A DNA stretch of 64,000 nt from assembly GCA_047973205.1 (NCBI GenBank), contig JBKEBO010000073.1, positions 19,393 to 83,392 of the forward strand, in the 5' to 3' direction. How positions within the stretch are numbered: position 1 is the first letter of the stretch; each line of letters starts with the position of its first letter. This DNA comes from Alphaproteobacteria bacterium (lineage in GTDB: Bacteria > Pseudomonadota > Alphaproteobacteria > JBKEAR01). Of the stretch, positions 42,690 to 52,620 are shown in pieces. A model generated the notes under the pieces. The model was not told the origin of the DNA and did not search any database. It saw only the letters and a program-made list of their open reading frames with translations. The translations under genes were made by a program, and so were the position numbers.

Positions 42690-43649
42690 TTATTCCAACA
42701 TCATATTGATAATACCATTAATCACATAGCTCATTTTTATGAAATTAAGGGTTTCGATTGTATCAGAAGCCTCATGATAGTTTTTGTTTCGCATAAAGGC
42801 GGTATCAGTAACCATAATCGCCTTAAGGCCAATATCCCAATAATTATAATGATCACTAAAATCAACACCTTCAATTGAAGCAGGAGCGGCAAGACGATGA
42901 GCTTCTATTTGCCCTAGCTGATTAACGGCTCTGGCATATTCAGACACTAAAAAAAATGAAGCTATATTTCCTACTGAGGCAATATAATCGGCATGATTTG
43001 GATAAAAGGGCTTTAAAACAGTCGGATAGCTTTGAATATCCTCTTCGCTAAAAAAGCCAATCATCTCTAATGCCATCATACCTGTATATTGTGAAACTTT
43101 GTTTTTTATGGATTGAGCATGAATATAGCTCCCCATATATTCTGTTCTAAAATAAGGAGGCTCTTCTAGGCTAAAGGCAACAAATTCAATATTATACTTT
43201 AGCTGACTTTTATGCTTAAATAGCAATCGTGCAACTTCAACTAACCCTGCAACACCCGAGGCATTATCATCCGCTCCTGCTTGATTCCCATAAACATCAT
43301 AATGAGCCCCAATAATAAAAGTTTTATCTGCACCAACATCAATAAAACCAATAACATTTTTATAGATATTGGTTGTATCTTCTAGTTGATATTCTTGATA
43401 TTTAGGATTAAGTCCAATCTTTTCAAAATTATCTTTGATATATGTCGCTACTCGATTAAGCTCATCAATATTTTGATAGTTGCGAAAAGTATCTTTGGAA
43501 ATAATATGAGAGATATGTTCTCGTAAATTAATAGGGGATGCCCGCTCAAAAGAAGGGCGGAAAAAAGCAGGAAAAGAAGGATTATGGTAAAACCAAAAAG
43601 CGGTGCTTGTTAAGATAATAAATAAAATAAGTAGTGGTAATTTAAACAT
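42690..43649 (-). CDS. M28 family metallopeptidase
   Basis: IGAHYD, GADDNASG, FSLEE, LEMIG, FSDH, NYHEASD; N-terminal anchor. Confidence 0.92.
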   Translation of the reverse strand: MFKLPLLILFIILTSTAFWFYHNPSFPAFFRPSFERASPINLREHISHIISKDTFRNYQNIDELNRVATYIKDNFEKIGLNPKYQEYQLEDTTNIYKNVIGFIDVGADKTFIIGAHYDVYGNQAGADDNASGVAGLVEVARLLFKHKSQLKYNIEFVAFSLEEPPYFRTEYMGSYIHAQSIKNKVSQYTGMMALEMIGFFSEEDIQSYPTVLKPFYPNHADYIASVGNIASFFLVSEYARAVNQLGQIEAHRLAAPASIEGVDFSDHYNYWDIGLKAIMVTDTAFMRNKNYHEASDTIETLNFIKMSYVINGIINMMLE

Positions 43650-43848
43650 TTTTTCTCTTTTATTTAGGTGTGAACATTATATAAAGTCTATAATTTATGA
43701 TAGTATGACCAAGTAATAACACTACTTTATATAATATTTAAAATACACGCAACAAACCAGAGGTTGTTTTTAACTATTCAGAGAAAATAAAAAATACCCC
43801 TCAAAAATTATTAAGGAGTATTTTTTCATATTTTTTTAAAGATAGATG

Positions 43849-44859
43849 TTAATCACTCTCAGCATCTAAAATAGAATTTTTAAAGATAATCTCTTTGAGC
43901 ATGAAAGCAGGGGTATGTTCTCCCATACCAATAACACGGCCTTGGGGGCTACGGCGAACTTTCGGTTTATCTATGGCTTTGATTTCTATATCAAGTTTAA
44001 GCTCAGAATGTTCCTCTTCAACAATAGGAGCATCATCTTCTTTTGCTTCTAACACTTCATCGCTCTTACGGCGGCGTGTCCGTTTTTTAGGAAGACGCTC
44101 TTGGCTCTCCTCTTCAGAAGATTTTTTGCGACGAGAGCGGGTTTTGCTCACAACCGTTTCTTCTTCTTGAGTTTCTTCTTCTTTTGCTTTTTTAGCCTTT
44201 GGTTCTTTAGTCTCTTTTTTCTTTGATGAAGCTTTTGTCGTTTTCTTTTCTTGAGCTTTTTCTTTGCTATCTAAGGCATCTTTATCTTTCTTAGCCTCAA
44301 CCTCTTTTGCTTTTAAATCAACAGAAAGATTTATATTTCTGTGACCTTTAAGGCGGCCAAGTTGTATCAAAGTATCACCATTTCCCGTAAGGCTTGCTAT
44401 AATTTTTTCATCATCAGGTGAAACAAATGACCATAACTCCAACTTACTTTTGCGTGTTAGGGCAAGCTCTATGGTTTCTGTATAATCATTTGCCTTTGTG
44501 GGGAAGTCCAAATTGATGATATGCGAAACATTAATTTTTATATCAAAGCCTTTAATCTCATCACGAGTAGCCACAATGAATAGGGGAGTATTCTTTGCCT
44601 TTTCAATAGCTTCTTTATCTTCTTTTGAGATTGAAGATAGTGCAAGAACACTATTAGGATACTCTTTTTCAAGATGTTTAAGAGTACTGGTTACACTTCT
44701 TTTTTGATTACATACAATAAGTGCTGCTTTGATGCTTTTGTTCGCTACAAATTGACTTAAAAGTTGCCGCTTCTTTATGGGAAGGGTTTCTGTTTTTTTC
44801 TCACCAGCCTTTAAAGTCAAGATATATTGCTTTATAGACTTATCTGTCGTTGTGTTCAC
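43849..44859 (-). CDS. Degenerate stand-alone DEAD-box helicase C-terminal (RecA2) domain with Lys/Glu-rich tail
   Basis: ALIVCNQKRSV (motif IV-like); FIVATRDEIKGFD...VSHIINLDFP..ANDY (motif V region); motif VI lost; ends VIGMGEHTPAFM. GTG start with SD aaggag. Confidence 0.7.
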   Translation of the reverse strand: MNTTTDKSIKQYILTLKAGEKKTETLPIKKRQLLSQFVANKSIKAALIVCNQKRSVTSTLKHLEKEYPNSVLALSSISKEDKEAIEKAKNTPLFIVATRDEIKGFDIKINVSHIINLDFPTKANDYTETIELALTRKSKLELWSFVSPDDEKIIASLTGNGDTLIQLGRLKGHRNINLSVDLKAKEVEAKKDKDALDSKEKAQEKKTTKASSKKKETKEPKAKKAKEEETQEEETVVSKTRSRRKKSSEEESQERLPKKRTRRRKSDEVLEAKEDDAPIVEEEHSELKLDIEIKAIDKPKVRRSPQGRVIGMGEHTPAFMLKEIIFKNSILDAESD

Positions 44860-45002
44860 AGGAGTTTCTCCTTAAAATTAGATATTCAAATTATTGTCAG
44901 TCACAAATAGTGTATATCTGATATATTATATTGCTTTTCATAGTTGTTTTATCATATTGTAGACCATCTGCAAAATATTAATTTAATAAAAGATAAGGTT
45001 TC

Positions 45003-45698
45003 ATGAAACAAAATCTCGTTCTTATTGCTGGATTACTGAATGATGCTCGTCTATGGCAGCATCAAATTGACTTTTTCCAGTCAGATTATAATATCATCAC
45101 TCCTCAGGTTGCAGGCCATAAACATATATCTCCTATGGCTCAAGAAATTTTAAAGCAAGCACCTGAGACATTTGCTTTAGCAGGGCTTTCTATGGGTGGA
45201 TATATTGCCATGGAAATTATGCGTCTTGCTCCTTCTAGAGTAAGCCATATTGCTTTTTTAGATACAAGTTGGCTTGCCGATAGTGAAGAGCGTAAAAAAG
45301 AGCGTATGCGGCTTATTGAGCTTTCTAAATTAGGACGCTTTGAAGGTGTGACTAATATGCTCCTTAAGCAAATTATTGCCCCTGAGAATTTAAATAATGA
45401 GCCATTAGTCGCAACAATAAAAGCGATGGCAAAAGAGACAGGGCAAGAGGAATTTGTTAATCAGCAAAAAATTATCCTTTCACGCCCCGATAGTCGCCAT
45501 GATTTTTCATCTATTCGTATTCCTGCTCTTTGTTTGGTTGGCAGTCATGACCAGCTTACACCGCCGCAAATTCTTAAGGATATGAGCAAAGCTTTAGCCA
45601 AAGGTATCTATTGTGAAATTGCAGGAGCAGGGCATTTACCTCCTCTTGAACAGGCGATTGCAACAACCGCTGCAATGCAAATTTGGCTTCAAATGTAA
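45003..45698 (+). CDS. Alpha/beta fold hydrolase
   Basis: GLSMGG nucleophile elbow, GSHDQLTP, GAGHLPPLE. Confidence 0.92.
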   Translation: MKQNLVLIAGLLNDARLWQHQIDFFQSDYNIITPQVAGHKHISPMAQEILKQAPETFALAGLSMGGYIAMEIMRLAPSRVSHIAFLDTSWLADSEERKKERMRLIELSKLGRFEGVTNMLLKQIIAPENLNNEPLVATIKAMAKETGQEEFVNQQKIILSRPDSRHDFSSIRIPALCLVGSHDQLTPPQILKDMSKALAKGIYCEIAGAGHLPPLEQAIATTAAMQIWLQM

Positions 45699-45775
45699 GT
45701 AAAAGCTTGATAGTTTGCCCATAGTTGCTTAAGATACAAAAAAGTAAAATTATATTCTTTATTAAAGGTCTACGG

Positions 45776-46174
45776 ATGAAAAAGATATTATTATTTTTAG
45801 TCCTGTTATCTGCATGTTCGCAAAATTCTCCTGATTTTATGCAGGTTCCAGGAACTCAAGCCGCTAAAAAATGTCCTATTATTCAAAAAGGGCAAACAGT
45901 TGCAGTCGCTAAAATTAGCTTTGAGGCTCAAAGTATAAAAATGCCTGAGGATGCTCAAGCTATCTTATCAGAAGTTGCCGAGATGCACCGCCGTTGCGGA
46001 GGGCAAATTCTTGTGAATGGCTCAAGCCTATCAGCAGAACCAAAGGATTATGGCTACTTACGTGCAGGCCTTGTTTATAAAGAGTTAGAAAAACAACGAG
46101 CTATAATTTCTTATGGAAAATTTACTCAAAAAGATAATTCAACCCGAGATGTTACCATCTCCTTTAAAAAATAG
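45776..46174 (+). CDS. Lipoprotein with degenerate OmpA-like C-terminal domain
   Basis: MKKILLFLVLLSAC lipobox; ISF..S..M...AQAIL, ILVNG, LRA..V, R.V pattern resembles OmpA_C. Confidence 0.65.
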   Translation: MKKILLFLVLLSACSQNSPDFMQVPGTQAAKKCPIIQKGQTVAVAKISFEAQSIKMPEDAQAILSEVAEMHRRCGGQILVNGSSLSAEPKDYGYLRAGLVYKELEKQRAIISYGKFTQKDNSTRDVTISFKK

Positions 46175-46186
46175 GGAAACACAAAA

Positions 46187-47407
46187 ATGAATAATGAATT
46201 CCACGCTTTGCGTCGTCTACCGCCTTATGTCTTTGCTGAAGTTAATAGACTAAAGGCTGCGGCACGAGCGGCAGGGGAAGACGTTATTGATTTTGGTATG
46301 GGCAATCCTGATTCCCCATCGCCTGAACATGTTGTTGAAAAGCTTAGAGAAACTGTTCTTAATCCCAAAACCCATGGCTACTCAGCTTCTAAAGGGATTA
46401 AGGGGCTTCGTAATGCTTTTAGTCAATATTATAAACGGCGTTTTGATGTGAGTATTGACCCTGAAACAGAAGTTGTTGTCACTTTAGGCTCTAAGGAAGG
46501 CTTGGCTAATTTAGCTTATGCAATCTCTTCACCTGGCGATGTGTTTTTAGTTCCAGCTCCAAGTTATCCTATACATCAATTTGGTTTTGTTATATGTGGT
46601 GCGGTTGTTCGGACTATTCCTGTAACTCCCGATGAAAAAATGATACATGCCATTGAGCGTGCTGTAAAATATTCCATACCAAAGCCAACGGCTATTGTGC
46701 TTAACTATCCTAATAACCCCACATCACTGGTTGCTGATTTAGAATTTTATAAGGATATCGTAAAGCTTTGTAAAAAGCATGAGCTTTGGGTACTCTCAGA
46801 CCTTGCCTATGCTGAGATTTACTTTGATGATAATCCTCCACCCAGTATTTTACAGGTTGAAGGAGCCAAAGATGTTGCCGTTGAATTTGCCTCTATGTCC
46901 AAAACATATTCTATGGCGGGCTGGCGTATAGGCTTTGCTGCAGGCAATGAGCGGCTTATCCATGCTTTAACACGTGTGAAATCTTATTTAGATTATGGAG
47001 CATTTACCCCCATTCAGGTGGCTGCAGCAACGGCTCTTAATGGCGATCAATCTTATGTAGATACAATGCGGCAAACTTACAAAAAACGCCGTGATGTTTT
47101 GTTGGAGGGGGTTAATCCCTCAGGTTGGGTGCTTCCAAAACCGCAAGCGACTATGTTCACATGGGCTGAAATACCCGAGGAGTTTAAAGAGCTTGGCTCT
47201 CTTGCTTTTTCTAAAGTCTTACTCCAAGGAGCGAATGTTGCCGTTGCTCCAGGTATTGGCTTTGGAGAAGAAGGTGAGGGCTATGTTCGCTTTGGCCTTG
47301 TGGAAAATGAACAACGTATTCGTCAAGCGGCTAAAAATATTCGCCATTTTATGGCTGAGAAAGAAAAATGGCTAAGCCTAGCCAAACAAGAAAAGGAAAG
47401 TGAATAA
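46187..47407 (+). CDS. Class I/II PLP aminotransferase (AlaC/LL-DAP aminotransferase-like)
   Basis: RLPPYVFAEVN, DFGMGNPD, GSKEGLA, NYPNNPT, DLAY, SMSKTYSMAGWRIG; upstream of hom. Confidence 0.92.
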   Translation: MNNEFHALRRLPPYVFAEVNRLKAAARAAGEDVIDFGMGNPDSPSPEHVVEKLRETVLNPKTHGYSASKGIKGLRNAFSQYYKRRFDVSIDPETEVVVTLGSKEGLANLAYAISSPGDVFLVPAPSYPIHQFGFVICGAVVRTIPVTPDEKMIHAIERAVKYSIPKPTAIVLNYPNNPTSLVADLEFYKDIVKLCKKHELWVLSDLAYAEIYFDDNPPPSILQVEGAKDVAVEFASMSKTYSMAGWRIGFAAGNERLIHALTRVKSYLDYGAFTPIQVAAATALNGDQSYVDTMRQTYKKRRDVLLEGVNPSGWVLPKPQATMFTWAEIPEEFKELGSLAFSKVLLQGANVAVAPGIGFGEEGEGYVRFGLVENEQRIRQAAKNIRHFMAEKEKWLSLAKQEKESE

Positions 47408-47409
47408 AG

Positions 47410-48687
47410 ATGATCAAAATAGGCATTGCAGGTATTGGGGTTGTTGGTTACTCAAGCCTTGAATTGTTAGAAAAAAATAAAGAGTTAATTAAGGAACGTA
47501 CAGGCAAAAATATTGCTGTTACGGCCGTTGCTAATCGAAGCCAAAAAGATATTAGCGGGCTTAGTGGAGCTCGCTTTTACGACAATGCCTTAGAGATGTT
47601 AGAGGCGGAAGAATTTGATATTGTTTTAGAACTTATGGGAGGCTCAGACGGTGTTGCCTTAGAGTTTGTTCAAAAAGCTTTAGAAAAATCCATTCATGTG
47701 GTAACCGCCAATAAAGCTCTTTTAGCTCATCATGGTAATAGTCTGTTTGACCTTGCTGCCGAAAAGAATGTTCACCTTGGCTTTGAGGCTGCCGTTGGAG
47801 GTGGTATTCCTTGTATGAAAGGCCTAAGAGAGGGGCTTGCAGGTAACGAGATTACCGCCGTTTATGGCCTTCTTAATGGAACATCAAACTATATCCTTAC
47901 CCAAATGACCCAAACAGGTGCGGCCTTTGACCAAGTGCTTAAACAGGCTCAGGAGCTTGGCTATGCCGAGGCTGACCCGAGCTTTGATGTGGGAGGCATT
48001 GATGCGGCTCATAAGCTCTCTTTGCTTGCCTCTATGGCTTTTGGCCGCAAGATTGACTTTGCTTCTGTTCGTACCGATGGAATTGAGCGAATTACCCCCG
48101 TTGATATCGCTTATGCTACAGAATTAGGATATAAAATCAAGCTCTTGGCTTTGGCTCGTAAAACATCTTATGGCATAGAGCAGCGGGTGCAAACGGTTAT
48201 GCTTCCTAAAAATAATCCCATAGCTTTAGTTGATGATGTATTTAATACAGTCGTTTTAGAAGGCGACTTTATTGGTAAAGTTCAGTTTACAGGCCCTGGT
48301 GCAGGTGGTCCTGCAACGGCTTCAGCAGTTATTGCAGATATTATCGATATCGCTCGTGAGGCTTATATTCCCCCATTATCTTATAAACAACAATATCTAA
48401 AATTACCTGAGCCTTTGAAGCTTGAGGAAGCGACTAATAGATATTATTTACGTATTCAATGTATGGATAATGCAGGCTCACTGGCAAAAATCACTAAGAT
48501 ATTAGGTGATTCTGGACTTTCAATTGTTTCGGTACTGCAACATGAGGTTGATAAGAATCACCTTGTGCCTGTTGTATTTACTTTAGCTTCTGCTAAACGT
48601 CCGTTAGTCCTTAAAGCTATTAAAGAAATTGAAGCTTTAGAGGTTGTTAAAGCTCCTGTTATTCATTTGCGTATCGAAAAATTCTAA
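47410..48687 (+). CDS. hom: Homoserine dehydrogenase
   Basis: GIGVVG, VVTANKA, FEAAVGGGIP, NGTSNYIL, AQELGYAEADP, GPGAGG, ACT domain. Confidence 0.97.
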   Translation: MIKIGIAGIGVVGYSSLELLEKNKELIKERTGKNIAVTAVANRSQKDISGLSGARFYDNALEMLEAEEFDIVLELMGGSDGVALEFVQKALEKSIHVVTANKALLAHHGNSLFDLAAEKNVHLGFEAAVGGGIPCMKGLREGLAGNEITAVYGLLNGTSNYILTQMTQTGAAFDQVLKQAQELGYAEADPSFDVGGIDAAHKLSLLASMAFGRKIDFASVRTDGIERITPVDIAYATELGYKIKLLALARKTSYGIEQRVQTVMLPKNNPIALVDDVFNTVVLEGDFIGKVQFTGPGAGGPATASAVIADIIDIAREAYIPPLSYKQQYLKLPEPLKLEEATNRYYLRIQCMDNAGSLAKITKILGDSGLSIVSVLQHEVDKNHLVPVVFTLASAKRPLVLKAIKEIEALEVVKAPVIHLRIEKF

Positions 48688-48754
48688 AAAAGAACTATAA
48701 AAAATAATGAAAATAGTGAATAATTATAAGATTATAAAAAAGAGAGGCAAATAA

Positions 48755-50536
48755 ATGAACAGGGATGAGCTTATAGCCGAAAGTACTAAAACGGCCTCAA
48801 AAAAAAGGTGGGTACTCCGTAGGGGAGACTTATCACTGGCTCGAGATATTGAGCGAGGCTATAAGCTTAATCCTGTTACCGCTAATATCTTATCAGGCCG
48901 TGGTTTTAATATGGAGGATATCTCAGATTATCTAAAACCCAAATTATCTACATTGCTTCCTGACCCTTTTACTATGCAGGATATGAAAAAATTCTCCGTT
49001 GCTATCACCAAACTTATTTTAGCTAATGAGCCTATTGGTATCATTGGTGATTATGATGTAGATGGAGCAACAAGTACCGCCTTATTCTTGCGTTTTTTTA
49101 AAGAAATCAATCTGGAACATACCCACTATATTCCTGACCGTATCGAGGAGGGTTATGGACCAAGTAAAGGAGCTTTTGCCCATTTTAAACAACATGGAAT
49201 TAAGCATATTATAGCCGTAGATTGCGGAACAACCGCTTTTGAGATTTTAGATGAAGCAGCTAAAGATGGCTTTTTTGTTCATATTTTAGACCATCATGAA
49301 CCCACGCTTTTGCAACCAAATTGTATGTCTTTGGTTAATCCTAGACGCTTTGATGATGAGTCAGGCTTAGGGCATTTAGCAGCCGTTGGTGTTGTTTTTA
49401 TGAGCCTTGTCGCCATTAACCGTAACCTTCGTGAAGTTCAGTATTATCAAAAGAATAACATAAAAGAACCCCAATTGATGGAACAGCTTGACCTTGTTGC
49501 CTTAGGGACAGTTTGTGATGTTGTTCCTCTTACAGGGCTCAATAGAGCCTTTGTTTTTCAAGGGCTTAAAGTTATGAGGCGGCGTGCAAATGTTGGCTTA
49601 AAACATTTATGCGACATTTCAGGTTTAAACGAAGCTCCTCAAGCTTGGCATTTAGGCTTTATGTTAGGGCCTCGTATTAATGCAGGCGGACGTGTAGGAA
49701 GCTCTGATCATGGGGCAAAATTATTAGCAAGCTTTAATGAAAAAGAAGCCCAAAAACTTGCCCAAGAACTTGATAGCTTTAATAAGCAAAGACAAGCCAT
49801 AGAGCAAGAAATTATTGGTGAAGCAGAACAACAATTAGCCGCTATAGACGAGCAAGATGCCGCTATTATCATTGGGGGTGAGCATTGGCATTCGGGTGTG
49901 GTTGGGATTATTGCTTCTCGCGTTAAAGAACGGTATTTTAAACCATGCTTGGTTTGGTGTGCAGATAATGAGGGCTATTATGTTGGCTCAGGCCGCTCCA
50001 TTGCAGGGGTGGATTTAGGGGCAATTATTTTATCAGCCGTTGAATGTGGCATTTTGCTTAGAGGTGGAGGCCATTCTCAAGCAGCAGGATTTACCGTTCT
50101 TCCTGAAAAATTAGAGGAGTTCAAACGCTTTATTAATGAACGTGTTACGCAACATATTCAACAAAATCAAGTTATTGCCGAACTTCATCTGGATGCCTTA
50201 ATTAGCCCCGAAGCTATTCGCATTTCACTGATGAAAGACCTTGAAAAACTTGCTCCTTTTGGTATGAGTAATCCTCAGCCAAAATTTGTCATTAAAGGAA
50301 AGCTTGCTGCCGTTAGTCCTGTAGGTGTTGATAAGCAGCATTTACGTTGTATTATCAGTGCAAAACATACTCCTGATATTGTTGCAATGGCCTTTCGTGT
50401 TGCAGGGAGCAATTTAGAACAAATGTTGCTCAACGCTAAAGGCCGCTCTATTTCCATTGTAGGTACACTTAAGATAAACCAATGGAACGGGACAACTGCT
50501 CCACAGGTTATCATCGAAGATGCAGCAATGGGGTAG
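48755..50536 (+). CDS. recJ: Single-stranded-DNA-specific exonuclease RecJ
   Basis: GDYDVDG, YIPDRIEEGYG, VDCG, DHH, LGTVCDVVPL, GPRINAGGR, GSGRS, GGHSQAAG. Confidence 0.97.
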   Translation: MNRDELIAESTKTASKKRWVLRRGDLSLARDIERGYKLNPVTANILSGRGFNMEDISDYLKPKLSTLLPDPFTMQDMKKFSVAITKLILANEPIGIIGDYDVDGATSTALFLRFFKEINLEHTHYIPDRIEEGYGPSKGAFAHFKQHGIKHIIAVDCGTTAFEILDEAAKDGFFVHILDHHEPTLLQPNCMSLVNPRRFDDESGLGHLAAVGVVFMSLVAINRNLREVQYYQKNNIKEPQLMEQLDLVALGTVCDVVPLTGLNRAFVFQGLKVMRRRANVGLKHLCDISGLNEAPQAWHLGFMLGPRINAGGRVGSSDHGAKLLASFNEKEAQKLAQELDSFNKQRQAIEQEIIGEAEQQLAAIDEQDAAIIIGGEHWHSGVVGIIASRVKERYFKPCLVWCADNEGYYVGSGRSIAGVDLGAIILSAVECGILLRGGGHSQAAGFTVLPEKLEEFKRFINERVTQHIQQNQVIAELHLDALISPEAIRISLMKDLEKLAPFGMSNPQPKFVIKGKLAAVSPVGVDKQHLRCIISAKHTPDIVAMAFRVAGSNLEQMLLNAKGRSISIVGTLKINQWNGTTAPQVIIEDAAMG

Positions 50537-50538
50537 CT

Positions 50539-51243
50539 ATGCTTGATATCAAATCTACCCCTCATATGCCAAAAGATGGCGGCTTTTTAGAGGATTATAC
50601 TTGGATACGTCTTCTAAAAAAAGAAAAAACAATAGCCAAAACTCCACAGCCAGCCTTATTTTTAGACCGTGATGGGGTGATAAATGTGGAAAAAAGCTTT
50701 ATTATTCATCCTGATATGTTTGAGCTCGAAGATGGTATTATTGAACTTATCCGCTTTTATAATCAAAAAGATTGGCCTGTGATTGTGGTGACGAATCAGT
50801 CAGGAATTGCCAAAGAAAAAATGAGCTGGAACGACTATTGGCTCATAGAAGATAGAATGATACAAGATTTAGCGGCAAATGGGGCTTTTGTTGACCTTAT
50901 TTTGGCTTGCCCATGCCATCCAGAAGGTATTGCTCCATATAATGAAATTCAGCCTCCTTCACGAAAACCTGCTCCTGGTATGTTAAAATCAGCTATTGAG
51001 ATATTGGCAATTGACATAAAATCATCTATAATTATTGGTGATAGAATACGAGATATTGAAGCTGGCCGCAATACAGGCTTAAGGCTTGGAATATTAAGGG
51101 ATTCAGGTCACCATGAAAGCCAGCAGGAATGGCAAATAGCTCAGAAAAATCAGTGGGATAATTTTGAGCTTTTTACAATCAAAGATGTTTCTGAGGCTTT
51201 ACCTATAATAAAAATAAAAATCAAAGAGTTAGATAGAGATTAA
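50539..51243 (+). CDS. gmhB: D-glycero-manno-heptose-1,7-bisphosphate phosphatase-like HAD-IIIA hydrolase
   Basis: FLDRDGVIN, VVTNQSGIA, CPCHP, RKPAPGM, IGDRIRDIEAG. ATG 50539 follows the recJ stop. Confidence 0.8.
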   Translation: MLDIKSTPHMPKDGGFLEDYTWIRLLKKEKTIAKTPQPALFLDRDGVINVEKSFIIHPDMFELEDGIIELIRFYNQKDWPVIVVTNQSGIAKEKMSWNDYWLIEDRMIQDLAANGAFVDLILACPCHPEGIAPYNEIQPPSRKPAPGMLKSAIEILAIDIKSSIIIGDRIRDIEAGRNTGLRLGILRDSGHHESQQEWQIAQKNQWDNFELFTIKDVSEALPIIKIKIKELDRD

Positions 51244-51244
51244 T

Positions 51245-52603
51245 ATGACAAAAATCACCCCAGAATTACTAGAAAAGTTTGAGTTTAAAGTTCCTCGATA
51301 TACGAGCTATCCAACCGCACCACATTTTTCTCCAGAAGTTGGGAGTGATACCTATGTGGATTGGCTTAAAAATCAAAACCCTAATGAGCCAATTTCTCTA
51401 TATATTCACGTACCTTACTGCGATACATTATGTTGGTTTTGTGCTTGTAATACTCAAATAACAAGTAACTATCGTCGTATTGAAAGCTATCTAAAATGGC
51501 TTACTGAAGAAGCCAAATTGCTTCATCAATATCTAGGCTTTAAGCCAAAAATAGCACGGCTTCATTGGGGCGGTGGCTCTCCCACTTTGCTCCAAGAAGA
51601 TGACTGGAAAATGATGGGAGATTTGGTTCATCAATATTTTGACTTTACCGATGATGCTGAGCTCTCTGTTGAGCTAGATCCTCGTGATATTCAAAGGAGT
51701 TACACCCAAACTTTGTTTGATGTTGGCATTAATCGGGCAAGTATTGGGGTGCAAGATTTTGAAGAAGATGTTCAAAAAGCAATTAACCGTCTGCAACCCT
51801 TTGAAGTTGTGGAAGAAGTTGTACTTGGCTTAAGAGATGTAGGCATTGAAGATATTAATCTTGATATCATGTATGGCCTCCCTTATCAAACAGAGGAACG
51901 AACTATTGCAATGAGCGAGAAGTGCTTGAAACTTAAGCCTAAAAGAGTTGCTCTCTTTGGTTATGCTCATGTTCCTTGGATGAAGCCTCATCAAAATAAA
52001 ATCCCTGAAGGGGAACTTCCTGGTAGTTGGGAGCGTTATCAACAATTTAAGCTTATTGAAGATATTCTTTCCAAAAATGGCTTAGATGCCATAGGTTTAG
52101 ACCATTTTGCAGTTAAAGAAGATAGTCTTCATATTGCTCAAAGAGAAGGGCGGATGCGGCGGAATTTTCAAGGCTATACAACCGATACGGCCACAACGCT
52201 TATCGGTTTAGGGCCAAGCTCTATTGGGAGTATGCATCAGGGTTATGTACAAAACCAAGCTTCGATTAGTATGTGGAAAAGTGAGTTAAAACAAGGGTTT
52301 TTACCTGTTCATAAAGGGCTTAAGCTTACGGATGATGATCGGATGCGGCGGGCTATTATTGAGGAACTTATGTGTAACTTTAGTGTGGATTTGGATAAGG
52401 TTCTGGCTGAATATGGTCATAAAGATTTTATTCTGGATAGTGAATTAGATGCCTTAAAACTCCTTGAAAATGAAGAACTTGTTCATGTTGATGGCCATAA
52501 GATTTCTGTAGAAGTGGAGCATCGTTTATTCTTACGAGCTGCGGCAGCTGTTTTTGATGTTTACCTCAATAAGGGTAAGGCCAAACATAGCCGAGCCATT
52601 TAG
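51245..52603 (+). CDS. hemN: Oxygen-independent coproporphyrinogen III oxidase
   Basis: PRYTSYPTA, YIHVPYCDTLCWFCAC radical-SAM motif, HWGGGSPT, YAHVPW, RNFQGY. Confidence 0.97.
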   Translation: MTKITPELLEKFEFKVPRYTSYPTAPHFSPEVGSDTYVDWLKNQNPNEPISLYIHVPYCDTLCWFCACNTQITSNYRRIESYLKWLTEEAKLLHQYLGFKPKIARLHWGGGSPTLLQEDDWKMMGDLVHQYFDFTDDAELSVELDPRDIQRSYTQTLFDVGINRASIGVQDFEEDVQKAINRLQPFEVVEEVVLGLRDVGIEDINLDIMYGLPYQTEERTIAMSEKCLKLKPKRVALFGYAHVPWMKPHQNKIPEGELPGSWERYQQFKLIEDILSKNGLDAIGLDHFAVKEDSLHIAQREGRMRRNFQGYTTDTATTLIGLGPSSIGSMHQGYVQNQASISMWKSELKQGFLPVHKGLKLTDDDRMRRAIIEELMCNFSVDLDKVLAEYGHKDFILDSELDALKLLENEELVHVDGHKISVEVEHRLFLRAAAAVFDVYLNKGKAKHSRAI

Positions 52604-52620
52604 GAGATATTATTGTTCAG

